DNA from: Parcubacteria group bacterium
GTDB lineage: Bacteria > Patescibacteriota > Minisyncoccia > UBA6257 > JACRHW01
Assembly (NCBI GenBank): GCA_016217555.1
Contig: JACRHW010000023.1
Location: 466-64,465 of the forward strand
DNA: 64,000 bases
Direction of reading: 5' to 3'
This document shows, piece by piece, positions 48,890-58,800 of the stretch. Numbering within the stretch: position 1 is the stretch's first letter; each line of letters begins with the position of its first letter. A program made the position numbers and the translations under genes. The notes beneath the pieces were generated by a model. It saw only the letters and a list, made by a program, of their open reading frames with translations. It did no database searches and had not been told where the DNA came from.

Positions 48890-49917
48890 GAGGTAATTTC
48901 CTCGTCAGATTCGTCACTAGTCAAAGCAGCAAGGGGCTGCTCCGCCTTCAAAAGTTTATCAGAAAAACGATGCAAACGCTTTTCCGAATCTTCATAGGCA
49001 GAACGCATATTAGTAAGATGTTTCCCTAGTGTAAGAAAACGCTCTTCAAATTTTCTATAATCATCTCGCAATCGAGATAAGTGATTCAAGATCTCCTGTG
49101 TCTGATGCTCAATCTGCATACCTCGCAATCCGATTAACACTGTTTGAAGATACGTGTACAGTGTGCTCGGGGAAACGGGAATAACATGTTTTTTGAAAGC
49201 ATATTCCAAGAGGGTATCCTCACCTCGTACGATACACTCATAGTAGATGTGCTCAGAGGGTACGTACATAAAGGCTATCTCGAGCGTGTGCTCGTCAGGA
49301 AGAATATACTTCTTATTCACCTCGTCAATTCTATTTTTTACCGAACGCACGAACGCCTTTCGAAATGCTGCCTTCTCCTCATCTCCCTCCGCAGCATTAA
49401 AACGTACGAAATCTTCAAGAGGAAACTTTGAATCAATCGATACAAGTTTATCCTTAAACATCACCACCGCATCAACCGTCTCACCTGTCTTAAACGTATG
49501 TTGTTCCTCAAAATGCTCTTTAGGAAGTATCTCAACAAGAAGCTGAGAAAGCATAAGCTCCCCCAACCCACCCCTCATTTTAGGTACAGAGAGAATGTCT
49601 TTGAGCGAAGAAATATCCTTTGCCACCTCACTTACCTTTGTGATCTCCTGCCCCATAGAGTGAATACGCGCCTGAAATAGTTCACTTGAATGGCGCATAC
49701 TCTCGTGCCCCTCGCGAAGACGCGTGTTCATTTGTGTTGTTAAATCATTCATCTGCTGAAATAAAAGCGCATTCATACGATGTGCCTCGGCAGTAGTAGT
49801 TTGAAGATGTACCGCAAACTTCTCATCACGATGTTTTGAGTTGAGAGAAAACGTGTACAAAAAATAACACAGGACAAGAAATCCTAAGAATAAGATACCT
49901 AGCAATAGTTGGGTCAT
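48886..49917 (-). CDS. rmuC: DNA recombination protein RmuC
   Basis: N-terminal TM, long coiled-coil, and conserved RmuC C-terminal region (...VDAVVMFKDKLVSIDSKFPLEDF..., ...IAFMYVPSEHIYYE...). Confidence 0.75.
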   Translation of the reverse strand: MTQLLLGILFLGFLVLCYFLYTFSLNSKHRDEKFAVHLQTTTAEAHRMNALLFQQMNDLTTQMNTRLREGHESMRHSSELFQARIHSMGQEITKVSEVAKDISSLKDILSVPKMRGGLGELMLSQLLVEILPKEHFEEQHTFKTGETVDAVVMFKDKLVSIDSKFPLEDFVRFNAAEGDEEKAAFRKAFVRSVKNRIDEVNKKYILPDEHTLEIAFMYVPSEHIYYECIVRGEDTLLEYAFKKHVIPVSPSTLYTYLQTVLIGLRGMQIEHQTQEILNHLSRLRDDYRKFEERFLTLGKHLTNMRSAYEDSEKRLHRFSDKLLKAEQPLAALTSDESDEEITS

Positions 49918-50990
49918 TACAATTTGTCTTTATACTTTTCTAGAAATTCACGAAATTCACCGTCTAAACGCGTAGGGAATTTAAGGTGAACCTCTATGAT
50001 AAGTTTACCACGGCGAGAGGAGTTGAGGTGAGGAAATCCCCTTCCCTCGAACGTTACCACCTGTGGGGTTGCCTTGAATGGCTGTACATGAATACGAAGC
50101 TTCTCCCCATCGATATTCTCGAAACTAACCTCCTTCCCTAAAAGTGCCTCTGCCACGTTTACTGTAATTGCAGACATGGTATCAGCTCCATGACGAATAA
50201 ATCGCGTGTGTGGTTTTATATGAATACGAAGATAAAGATCGCCCGTACCCACCCCCCTCTCACCCGCTGAACCTGCACCCACTACTTTAATAATTTGTCC
50301 GTCATCGATACCCGCATTGATATCGACCGACAATTCTTTGCGTTTCTTTATGCGTCCAGCACCTCTACAAACATTGCACTCCTTCTCAGGTACATTTCCC
50401 TTCCCACGACAGACACTGCAGGTCACCACCTTTGCAAAAGTACCAAAAAAACTTTTCTTTGTTTCACGAATCTCTCCGCGCCCATTACATTCTGTACATT
50501 GTTTCGTCTTTGAAGAAAGTGCGCCTGTTCCCTTACAATCAACACATGAAATAAAATCATCAAAGGAAAGTTTCTTCGTAATACCCTTAAACGCCTCTTC
50601 GAAAGTCATCTCAACCTCTTGTACAATGTCATTCCCTTTCTCACGAGTTCTTCGTCGCTGTGAAAGCCCAATATCTTCAAAGAGATCCCCGAACATATCT
50701 CCCAACCCCGAAGCATCAAACCCCTCGAAATTAAAACCACCCGACTGAAAATCGAAGTCACCAAAACCCCCCTGACCCTGCGAACCAGGTGCTGTACCAA
50801 ATTGATCATAATGCTGACGCTTGCCTTTATCAGAAAGCACCTGATACGCCTCAGTTACCTCTTTAAATTTCTGCTCATTTCCGCCCGCACGATCAGGGTG
50901 ATGTTCCCGTGCAAGTTTTCGATACGCCTTTTTAATCTCCTCCTCTGAGGAATTTTTTGAAACACCTAAAATAGAATAAAAATCTTTCAT
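49917..50990 (-). CDS. dnaJ: Chaperone DnaJ (Hsp40, type I)
   Basis: J domain with HPD (YRKLAREHHPDR), a G/F-rich region, four CxxCxGxG zinc-finger repeats, and a C-terminal substrate-binding domain. Confidence 0.9.
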   Translation of the reverse strand: MKDFYSILGVSKNSSEEEIKKAYRKLAREHHPDRAGGNEQKFKEVTEAYQVLSDKGKRQHYDQFGTAPGSQGQGGFGDFDFQSGGFNFEGFDASGLGDMFGDLFEDIGLSQRRRTREKGNDIVQEVEMTFEEAFKGITKKLSFDDFISCVDCKGTGALSSKTKQCTECNGRGEIRETKKSFFGTFAKVVTCSVCRGKGNVPEKECNVCRGAGRIKKRKELSVDINAGIDDGQIIKVVGAGSAGERGVGTGDLYLRIHIKPHTRFIRHGADTMSAITVNVAEALLGKEVSFENIDGEKLRIHVQPFKATPQVVTFEGRGFPHLNSSRRGKLIIEVHLKFPTRLDGEFREFLEKYKDKL

Positions 50991-51014
50991 AGTTTGTTAA
51001 TTTAAATTGCACCA

Positions 51015-51147
51015 CACCTATCTCTCACACGTTCGCCACTCCAGCGGTGGCTCACTCTTCCGCAGGCGCTTCGTTGTCAATCCAATTCGTTTCACTCAGG
51101 ATTGACAACACCCAGCTTCGCACCTACGGAATGGTTCGAGATAGGTG
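51015..51147. ncRNA. Copy 2 of the conserved long-hairpin element, inside the dnaK operon between the membrane-protein gene and dnaJ
   Basis: ~85% identical to copy 1 in the core. The outer stem is CACCTATCTC (51015-51024) / GAGATAGGTG (51138-51147), a different sequence from copy 1 but in the same position. The middle stem carries compensatory changes. Confidence 0.6.
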
Positions 51148-51167
51148 TACCGCAATTTAAAATATCG

Positions 51168-52196
51168 TTATGAAAGTAAAAGTGTCTCTTTACTTCGCGG
51201 TTCGAATTGAATAGTTACGATACCTATGATTATCAAAAGCTCAAGAAAAATGTATCCTACCACAAGAACTCCCCAATACACAAAAATACCGAAACTCCTC
51301 ACGATAAGAAAACCAAGTACTCCGATAGCAACAAGAAATAACGGCGTCTCTTTAAAGCCCTGCGGAATTATTTTTTCATTGATACTGCTATATGCCACAT
51401 CATAAAGGGACGTTGAGGGTTCAACGCGGGATCCTGTAAACTCCTCCCACTTGCCCCCCAGCTCCTTAACCACATCACGCACTATCTGCTTTTTTTGTGC
51501 TTTCACTTGGGGTGTATTTAAATCTATACCTGCTCCAAGGGATTCTTTTGCATATACATCAAATCTTCGTTCTGCCTCCTGCTTCAGAAAAGCGTCAAAT
51601 TCTAATCCTCCACTAAATCCTGGCAAGAACTTTTGAATAATAGGCATCGTGGAATCAATCATGTCTCGTACATACACCTCTGGGAGAACTACTCGTTTAG
51701 TAGCAACTCCAAACATGCTCATATAAAGCATTACAAGGAACAAGGCGAGTGCATTAAGATACCACCCCATACCACCACGAATTACCTTACTCCACCGTAT
51801 CTTAAGCCCCTCTTCTTTTTCATGAAATATCAAATGACCTCCCCACATCACTGCAAAGATAATGAGTGTTAAAAAGAGAATATCAAGAACATCCTTTGGA
51901 AAAAAAGCTGCTCCTATGGACAATCCCACCACACCCACAATATGCACAATAACAACCAGCCTCCTTTCTGTAAAAAGAAGTGCGCTCAAACAAAGAAAAG
52001 AAAGAAAAATAATACTGCCACCCAAAAACCACCACGAGCTCGACATTCCAAATAAAGGAATAAGCGAGAGCGTTCTTCCTCCTAAAAAACCGAGAACCAA
52101 CGCGGTAACAAAAATAAACACAACGCCAAGAAACGCCTTAATAGGCGTCCTGGTTTTTTCTATATTACTATTCAGTTCCTTCTTTTTTAGGTTCAT
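51168..52196 (-). CDS. Hypothetical polytopic membrane protein encoded within the dnaK operon
   Basis: 342 aa. Basic N-terminus then ~7 TM helices plus a soluble C-terminal part. Overlaps the dnaK stop by 29 nt. Confidence 0.55.
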   Translation of the reverse strand: MNLKKKELNSNIEKTRTPIKAFLGVVFIFVTALVLGFLGGRTLSLIPLFGMSSSWWFLGGSIIFLSFLCLSALLFTERRLVVIVHIVGVVGLSIGAAFFPKDVLDILFLTLIIFAVMWGGHLIFHEKEEGLKIRWSKVIRGGMGWYLNALALFLVMLYMSMFGVATKRVVLPEVYVRDMIDSTMPIIQKFLPGFSGGLEFDAFLKQEAERRFDVYAKESLGAGIDLNTPQVKAQKKQIVRDVVKELGGKWEEFTGSRVEPSTSLYDVAYSSINEKIIPQGFKETPLFLVAIGVLGFLIVRSFGIFVYWGVLVVGYIFLELLIIIGIVTIQFEPRSKETLLLS

Positions 52197-54057
52197 CTTT
52201 TACTTCTTCTTTTGGTTCAGTGGTAGCGTCGGACGCTGGAGTGCCCTCCTTCGCTTTTTCCTCATACATCTTTGCACCAATACGTGAGAGAGCCTGAGAA
52301 AGTTTTTCTGTGGTACTCTTTATCTCGTCCCCATTATCCCCCTCTTTTGTCTTCTTTAAAAGCTCTATAAGCTCTTGTAACTCCTTCTTATCCTCATCAC
52401 TCACTTTTTCTGCCATCTCGCGCAATGTTTTTTCAGCCATGTGTATCATACCTTCTGCTACATTGCGCGCCTCAACAAGTTCCTTCTTTTTCTTATCCTC
52501 ATCAGCGTGCAAGGCTGCATCTTTTTTCATTCGCTCTATCTCTGCATCAGAAAGCCCAGTAGATGCCTCAATGCGTACTGATTGTGTTTTTTGTGTCGCC
52601 TTATCTTTTGCAGAAACATTGAGAATGCCATTCGCATCAACATCAAAAGATACTTCGACTTGCGGTATCCCACGAGGCGCGGGAGGAAGTCCATCAAGCA
52701 CAAATCGTGCCAGCGTTCTATTATCTCCCGCCATCTCACGCTCACCCTGCAATACATGGATCTCTACAGAGGGCTGATTGTCACTTGCGGTAGAAAACAC
52801 CTGCGCACGACTTGTTGGAATTGTTGTGTTTTTCTCAATGACTTTCGTAAATACACCGCCCAACGTCTCAATACCAAGTGAAAGCGGAGTCACATCAAGA
52901 AGAAGAACATCCTTTACATCGCCCTGCAAAATACCCGCTTGAACGGCTGCTCCGATCGCAACCACCTCGTCGGGGTTGATACCTTGATGGGGCTCCTTGC
53001 CAAACAACGCCTTAACTGCCTCCTGAATTGCGGGCATACGCGTCTGCCCACCTACAAGAATGACCTCATTTACATCACTTAGTTTGTATCCCGCCTCCTC
53101 AACCGTCTTTCTAGTAAGCTCGATGGATTTATCAATTAGGGTACGTACCAGACCCTCAAGGGTTGCGCGAGATACCTTTACTTCAAAGTGCTTTGGACCT
53201 GATGCATCCGAGGTAATAAAAGGGAGATTTACCTCCGATTCAATACTTGTCGAAAGTTCATGCTTGAGACGCTCTGCCGCTTCCTTAAGACGCTGAATAG
53301 CGAGACTATCTTTTGTAAGATCGATCCCCTCACGTTTCTTAAACTCCCCAACAAGATACTCAATGATAATCTTATCGAAGTCATCACCTCCAAGGTGAAC
53401 ATCGCCTCCGGTACGTTTTACTTCGATAACATCATCTCCTATCTCGAGCACGGATATATCAAATGTACCCCCACCAAAATCATACACCACAATTTTCTCA
53501 TCCTTCTTTTTATTTAATCCATATGCGAGAGCAGCAGCGGTTGGCTCATTCAATATCCTTTTTACTTTGAGTCCCGCAATCTCTCCAGCATTTTTTGTTG
53601 CCTGACGCTCTGCATCACCAAAATAAGCAGGAACGGTAATAATAACCTCATCGATCGTTTCTCCTATTTTTGCCTCCGCGTCCGCCTTAAGCTTCTGAAG
53701 CACCATTGCAGAAATCTCCTCTGGCCGGTGCCAAGCCTCTCCCATCTTAATCTCCACCCCACTGTTTGAAGCTGCCCTCAAGTCATACGAAAGCCATTTC
53801 TTATCACGCTGCACCTCCTCATCAGTAAATTTTCTTCCAATTAAGCGCTTCACAGAATAAATCGTATTTTTCGGATTTGTTACCGCCTGACGTTTTGCAA
53901 GAAGCCCTACCACGCGCTCCCCTGATTTTGAAAGCGAAACCACGGAGGGGGTAGTTCTATTTCCTTCCGCGTTCTCTAAAATTTTTGGCGTACCTGCTTC
54001 AATAACTGCGATCGCTGAATTTGTTGTACCAAGATCAATACCTAATATTTTTGACAT
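52168..54057 (-). CDS. dnaK: Chaperone DnaK (Hsp70)
   Basis: [34 protein letters not shown] and other canonical Hsp70 motifs. Acidic/Lys-rich C-terminal tail. Confidence 0.95.
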   Translation of the reverse strand: MSKILGIDLGTTNSAIAVIEAGTPKILENAEGNRTTPSVVSLSKSGERVVGLLAKRQAVTNPKNTIYSVKRLIGRKFTDEEVQRDKKWLSYDLRAASNSGVEIKMGEAWHRPEEISAMVLQKLKADAEAKIGETIDEVIITVPAYFGDAERQATKNAGEIAGLKVKRILNEPTAAALAYGLNKKKDEKIVVYDFGGGTFDISVLEIGDDVIEVKRTGGDVHLGGDDFDKIIIEYLVGEFKKREGIDLTKDSLAIQRLKEAAERLKHELSTSIESEVNLPFITSDASGPKHFEVKVSRATLEGLVRTLIDKSIELTRKTVEEAGYKLSDVNEVILVGGQTRMPAIQEAVKALFGKEPHQGINPDEVVAIGAAVQAGILQGDVKDVLLLDVTPLSLGIETLGGVFTKVIEKNTTIPTSRAQVFSTASDNQPSVEIHVLQGEREMAGDNRTLARFVLDGLPPAPRGIPQVEVSFDVDANGILNVSAKDKATQKTQSVRIEASTGLSDAEIERMKKDAALHADEDKKKKELVEARNVAEGMIHMAEKTLREMAEKVSDEDKKELQELIELLKKTKEGDNGDEIKSTTEKLSQALSRIGAKMYEEKAKEGTPASDATTEPKEEVKDEPKKEGTE

Positions 54058-54075
54058 ACAAATGATTATGTTTAT

Positions 54076-54546
54076 TTATTTTGCGACTTTAACTTTTGTT
54101 GATCGAATTACATTGCCATGAAGGGTATATCCCTTTTGCATAACCTCCAAAATAGTTCCACTCGGCTTGTCTGAATCTATCACCTCAATTGCCTCGTGAA
54201 GAAAAAGATCAGGTACGGTATCTACTATGGTGACAATTTCTTCAATTCCATAACGTTTTAGCACACCCTTCATTTGATCTTCTATTCTTCCTAACTCCTT
54301 TACAAGTCCTTCATCTTTTAATGATCGTCGTGCCGCATCAAAACTATCAAGCACCACAAGAAGATCTGTCGTAATATCCCTCATCCCCATCTTCCTAAAA
54401 TCTTCAAACCTCATCTTCTCCTCCTTCTGAAAATTAAGATAGTCGGCGCGCGCCCTCTGCCATCCCATTAAATATTCTTCGCGTTCACGTTTTAACTTTT
54501 CTATATCTTCCGTTGGAATATCATTGTTTATATTTTCTTCATCCAT
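54076..54546 (-). CDS. grpE: Nucleotide exchange factor GrpE
   Basis: Coiled-coil N-terminus plus the conserved C-terminal beta domain (...GTILEVMQKGYTLHGNVIRSTKVKVAK). Confidence 0.9.
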   Translation of the reverse strand: MDEENINNDIPTEDIEKLKREREEYLMGWQRARADYLNFQKEEKMRFEDFRKMGMRDITTDLLVVLDSFDAARRSLKDEGLVKELGRIEDQMKGVLKRYGIEEIVTIVDTVPDLFLHEAIEVIDSDKPSGTILEVMQKGYTLHGNVIRSTKVKVAK

Positions 54547-54606
54547 ATTTTAGCTTGTTAGCTTGTTAGCTCTTGGATTCTTCGTCCTAGGAAGCTAACA
54601 AACTGG

Positions 54607-55314
54607 TTACATTTTTTCTAAAAATTGTTTTGATGCTTCTAAGAATGACATATTTCTTTTGTAAGGCATACGCTTTGAACCAATTAAGACCGTTACTCCG
54701 TCAAAATCAGCATTATGCATCGTGAGGAGAAGTACTGCAAGGTCTTTGCTATCAGTAACAGGGCTCTTCTCTCCAATAAATACCTCTAAATACTCCTCGT
54801 TATTTCGCTTGCTCTTGAACTCTTCCAATCGTTCATTGAGACGTTCGATATCACGCACAATAGCTCGTATCGTCTCTGGGGAATCAGTATCAAGATGAGA
54901 AAATAAATCATCAAGTCCCGCCTGATAGCTCACCTCATCTACGTGCACATTACAAAAACTATCACACGTATTTGCTGCAAATTGCGCAAAATTATAAAAG
55001 AAATGCTGATTGGGGTCTACGGAAACAAACTCGTGCTCAAGCGAATCTGAAAAATGATCGGGTTGGAGTGTATCTACGACAAACTCCTCAACAAACCACT
55101 GTAATGCCCGATCTGTTGGATATCGCCCTCCCGAAGTATAAGGTTGATACAAATATCCAAGTTCATCAAGACGGGCAAGTTCATTCCTCAATGTTGCAGA
55201 ACTCAATTCAAAACCACCCCTATCAAAAAGACGCCCAGATGTAATCGCATCATTATCATGCAGATATACATCAAGTGCGAGCTTCAAAATATGCCCCTGC
55301 CGATCTGTAATCAT
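54607..55314 (-). CDS. hrcA: Heat-inducible transcription repressor HrcA (short form)
   Basis: N-terminal winged-helix region (ITDRQGHILKLALDVYLHD...TSGRLF...SSATLRNELARLDELGYLYQPYTSGGRYPT) typical of HrcA. A CIRCE operator sits 73 nt upstream. Confidence 0.8.
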   Translation of the reverse strand: MITDRQGHILKLALDVYLHDNDAITSGRLFDRGGFELSSATLRNELARLDELGYLYQPYTSGGRYPTDRALQWFVEEFVVDTLQPDHFSDSLEHEFVSVDPNQHFFYNFAQFAANTCDSFCNVHVDEVSYQAGLDDLFSHLDTDSPETIRAIVRDIERLNERLEEFKSKRNNEEYLEVFIGEKSPVTDSKDLAVLLLTMHNADFDGVTVLIGSKRMPYKRNMSFLEASKQFLEKM

Positions 55315-55375
55315 ATGTTGAGCTTATAGGTTTTAGCTTCTAGCTATTAGGACGACAAGAATAAAACCTACCTAT

Positions 55376-55413
55376 ATTTTAGCAATTAGCACTCTAATGT
55401 CAAGAGTGCTAAC
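55376..55413 (-). promoter_or_regulatory. hrcA promoter overlapping a perfect CIRCE operator (CIRCE 55387-55413: TTAGCACTC-N9-GAGTGCTAA; -35 TTGACA at 55399-55404 inside the CIRCE spacer; -10 TAAAAT at 55376-55381, minus strand)
   Basis: 18/18 match to the CIRCE consensus. The sigma70 hexamers have 17-nt spacing and are embedded so that HrcA binding would occlude the promoter. Confidence 0.8.
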
Positions 55414-55445
55414 TCAACTGTCCTAAACTAGCCTGCTCTCTTTTA

Positions 55446-55473
55446 ATGTCATTCCCGCTTGTGCGGGAATGAC
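55446..55473. repeat. Palindrome TGTCATTCCCGC-TTGT-GCGGGAATGACA upstream of the hrcA promoter region
   Basis: 12-bp arms read directly. No adjacent T-run on either strand. Confidence 0.45.
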
Positions 55474-55494
55474 ATGAGTATATTTATATAAAAA

Positions 55495-55518
55495 TAGAAA
55501 AGCCCTTGCTGGGCTTTT
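55495..55518 (-). terminator. Terminator after the RHH gene / surface-protein operon
   Basis: AAGCCC-TTGCT-GGGCTT hairpin with a short T-run on the minus strand. Confidence 0.45.
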
Positions 55519-55523
55519 GTTGA

Positions 55524-55778
55524 TTACTTATAAATGGGGAGTACAATAACGTCCTTTGTCGTTTTGTGTACAAGATGAACTTCATATTCCTCATCACAAA
55601 CCTTAGTTAAAACAAAATAGAGAAGCTCCAACGCAACCCTGACGACCACACTTCGACTCTGGGAAGTATTTGTACACAACTCCTCAAGAACCTTTTTTGT
55701 CTTCTCGAATAAAAAAATATTAATGTGCATTGTCTTTCCCTCTTCTTGCACGCTATCATCCTCCTTCTTTTGAGACAA
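55524..55778 (-). CDS. Small ribbon-helix-helix (CopG/Arc-like) DNA-binding protein, putative
   Basis: 84 aa. The segment HINIFLFEKTKKVLEELCTNTSQSRSVVVRVALELLY fits the beta-strand + two-helix RHH pattern. Last gene of the surface-protein operon. Confidence 0.45.
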   Translation of the reverse strand: MSQKKEDDSVQEEGKTMHINIFLFEKTKKVLEELCTNTSQSRSVVVRVALELLYFVLTKVCDEEYEVHLVHKTTKDVIVLPIYK

Positions 55779-55832
55779 AGAACTACTGTAGTATATAACA
55801 GAACTTATGCTTTTTGTCGAATCACCAACTAA

Positions 55833-58800
55833 TTAGCGATTAGTATTCTTTGCACGTTTTAGGATGATTGCGCAGAGAAGAATGAGTATAATGAGACCCA
55901 ATAATTTCCATAGCGTAACACGATCACGTATACCGCCACTATATAAAGTATTGATAATCGTCTCCCGAAATCCTATTGGTTTTAATTCAATGGTGCGCGT
56001 AAGAAGCTGTGATTCTACCTTAAATATCTCAGTTTTAACATCAGTATATCCCAATTTTGAGGCGGTAAGATAATAAGTGCCCTGTGGTACAAAAAAGGCA
56101 AATACACCATCGCCTCCTGTGATATATGGGTTTTTTTGTGCATAGGATATTGCATTCCATAACGTAAATGCATTCGTATGCTCATCTTGCTTATAAAGCC
56201 TGACGTACGCATTGGGTATACGCCACTCCTCTCCCCCTCGCTTGGTATAAACATACCCGGATGGATCAACAAGTATGTTTGTTGTAATCTCCTTTGAACT
56301 CCCATCCTTGTAAAGCACCGACACTGTTGCCTCGTATGCCCCCCTTTCCTGTGGGGCAACGACGTGTGCTGAAAAAGTATCTTTCATTTCAGTAGGTGCG
56401 AGCAAATATGAGGTAGTATCAAAATGAAGGGTAATAGCTTTAACTGATGCCTGTGCCTGATCCTGAAGAAGAGAAAAGATAAGAGGAGTTTCTGTGGTAG
56501 TTTCAATCGGATTCGAAGAAGTAACTGTGTGTATCATCTCACGCCCACCTATATCAGTGATAATAGAAAGAAAGGGGGGTGTCGGAGAAATATTTTGTTC
56601 AAAAGGTTTGGATGGTGTCGTGGAAATCAACGAAGGTGTGTTAACAACGAAAGTTTCGATAGATGGTGTGGTTAAGGTCGGTGTAGGGGTTGCAACAATA
56701 GCACCCGAAGCCACATTACCCTTCGTGTCTATCGTAAAAATACTATAATAATATTTCTTGCCCTGTTGTGCAGTAGTATCAGTTGCCTGTTGTGCTTTTC
56801 CTTCGAATATCACCGTACCTTCTTGAAGAGTAAGCGGGTAGAATGTTTCGCTGCGCACCACTTTTATTGTTTTAAGTTCCGATTGGGGAGGATTTTGCCA
56901 TTCGAGGAGGAGAGCATCTTGTTGTGACGAAATCTCAACATTTTTTACATTTGATACGGATGTTTGATTTTTAAAAAGATTAAGGTCGAGAAGATCAGGA
57001 ACAAGAATGTTGAGTTTTGCTAGTGTATTTTTTAACACCTTTCCATAGACAGGACTTCCTTCGCAAGCGATACCCTGTATGCACTGAAACTCTCCCACCG
57101 CCCCCTCTGTTTTTGGACCAAAAAAAGGAGAGATCGGTCCGGAGTACAATCCTGATTTTGCAAGAAAACTTTTAAGAACATATACATCATCGCCCTGACT
57201 TCCAAGCACAAGGGGACGAAGAAATGCGAGCTGTGGGGGAAGCTCTGGAACGATGGGTTGTGTGGAGGTTGGCGTTGTTTGTTGTTGATTTTGTGAAGGA
57301 GGTGTGGGTGCGGGACCAACAATGATAGGAGTACTATTACTCACAACAGGTGGGGCGGGGGTTATGGTGAGAGACACAGTATGAGAGTTGAACAATGCAC
57401 CCAGCGCAAGAGAGAGTGGGTTGACCACAAAAAGACGGGTGGTCGAAAACGCACCATAATCAGTGTAACCACCCGTCGAAGCTTTTGCCGCTGCACGCCA
57501 ACAATAATTTGCGTTTGATAATCCAGTACGAATTAAATATGCACTTTGAGCACCACCCGAGGTATTATAGATTCCCGTACCACTCCAACCCGGCGTAGAG
57601 GTGGAGTCAAGTGTAGTAATCCCAGAAGAAAATGTCTCTGAAGCACAATTGGTGTCATTACGTGTGACGTATTGAAGACGTACATTGAGAGTACGCGCAT
57701 CACCATCATTCACAGTCATGCCAAAAAATACCGATGAGCCGGTGGTAATACCATCACTAGGGTCGAGAGCAGTAGTGGTGGGCTGAGCACCAAAAACGAT
57801 AGTACCAACACCACCCGACAGTCGACCAGCTATTCCGGCATTGACTGCCCGCATAGAAGTATCCGCCAAACGATTCGTAAAATAAATAGCAATCCGGCCA
57901 CCACCACCAGCGCCACCGGTTGTACTCGTTGAATTACCCCCATTAGCGACGACGGAACCACTCCCCGTCAGCAGACCAGTGTTGATATATACCGATCCAC
58001 CGGCCCCACCACCACCCTGATCGGAACCAGCCACACCATTGGTGGTGATTGACCCATCGAGAGTCAATGTACCAGACAAAGCAAATCGAATAGCGCCACC
58101 ACCAGCGCCACCACCAGCGCCACCACCGCCGCCAGAACCCAAATCAGTCGGTGTCGTTGCACTGTCGTAAATTGCACCAGCCGTTCCTGCTGAACCTTCA
58201 CCCCAATTACCGGCTGCGCCAGCACCACCATGGCCGCCACCGCCACCACCATATCCGCCACAGCTTCTATCACCGCCACCGCCTGGACCACTACCACCCG
58301 ATCCGCCACAACTTATGCTACCAACGTAACCCTGGCCGTTAGCAGTAATGCTTGCACCACTGTCAACCTGCATATTAGTAGCAGTGATAACCACACCAAC
58401 CCCACCCGATACAGCATTTGTATTCTTACCACCCAAAGTCACGGTTGAGGTTCCCACAATGTTCAATGCACCAGACACTGTCAGATCTGATGCGCCACCA
58501 AGCGTCATTAAACTACTACTGACCGTGACGGTTGATCCAGCCGTAATCGGTGAGGTTGTACCGGTGATGAATGTGCCACCACCATCAACAATAATCGTCG
58601 AACCAACAGTGATAGGCGAATTGGCACCGATAGTCAATGAACCGCCGTTTACAGCTAGCGTCCCCGCAAGAATGATCGTTGAACTATCACCAGTCAACAC
58701 CGTTCCACCACTAGCCACAACCAGAGTCTGAATTGCCAGAGTAGTAGAAGCAGGATATACAAAGTTTTTGTAAACCGACAACCTTCGCGTGGCATCGGTT

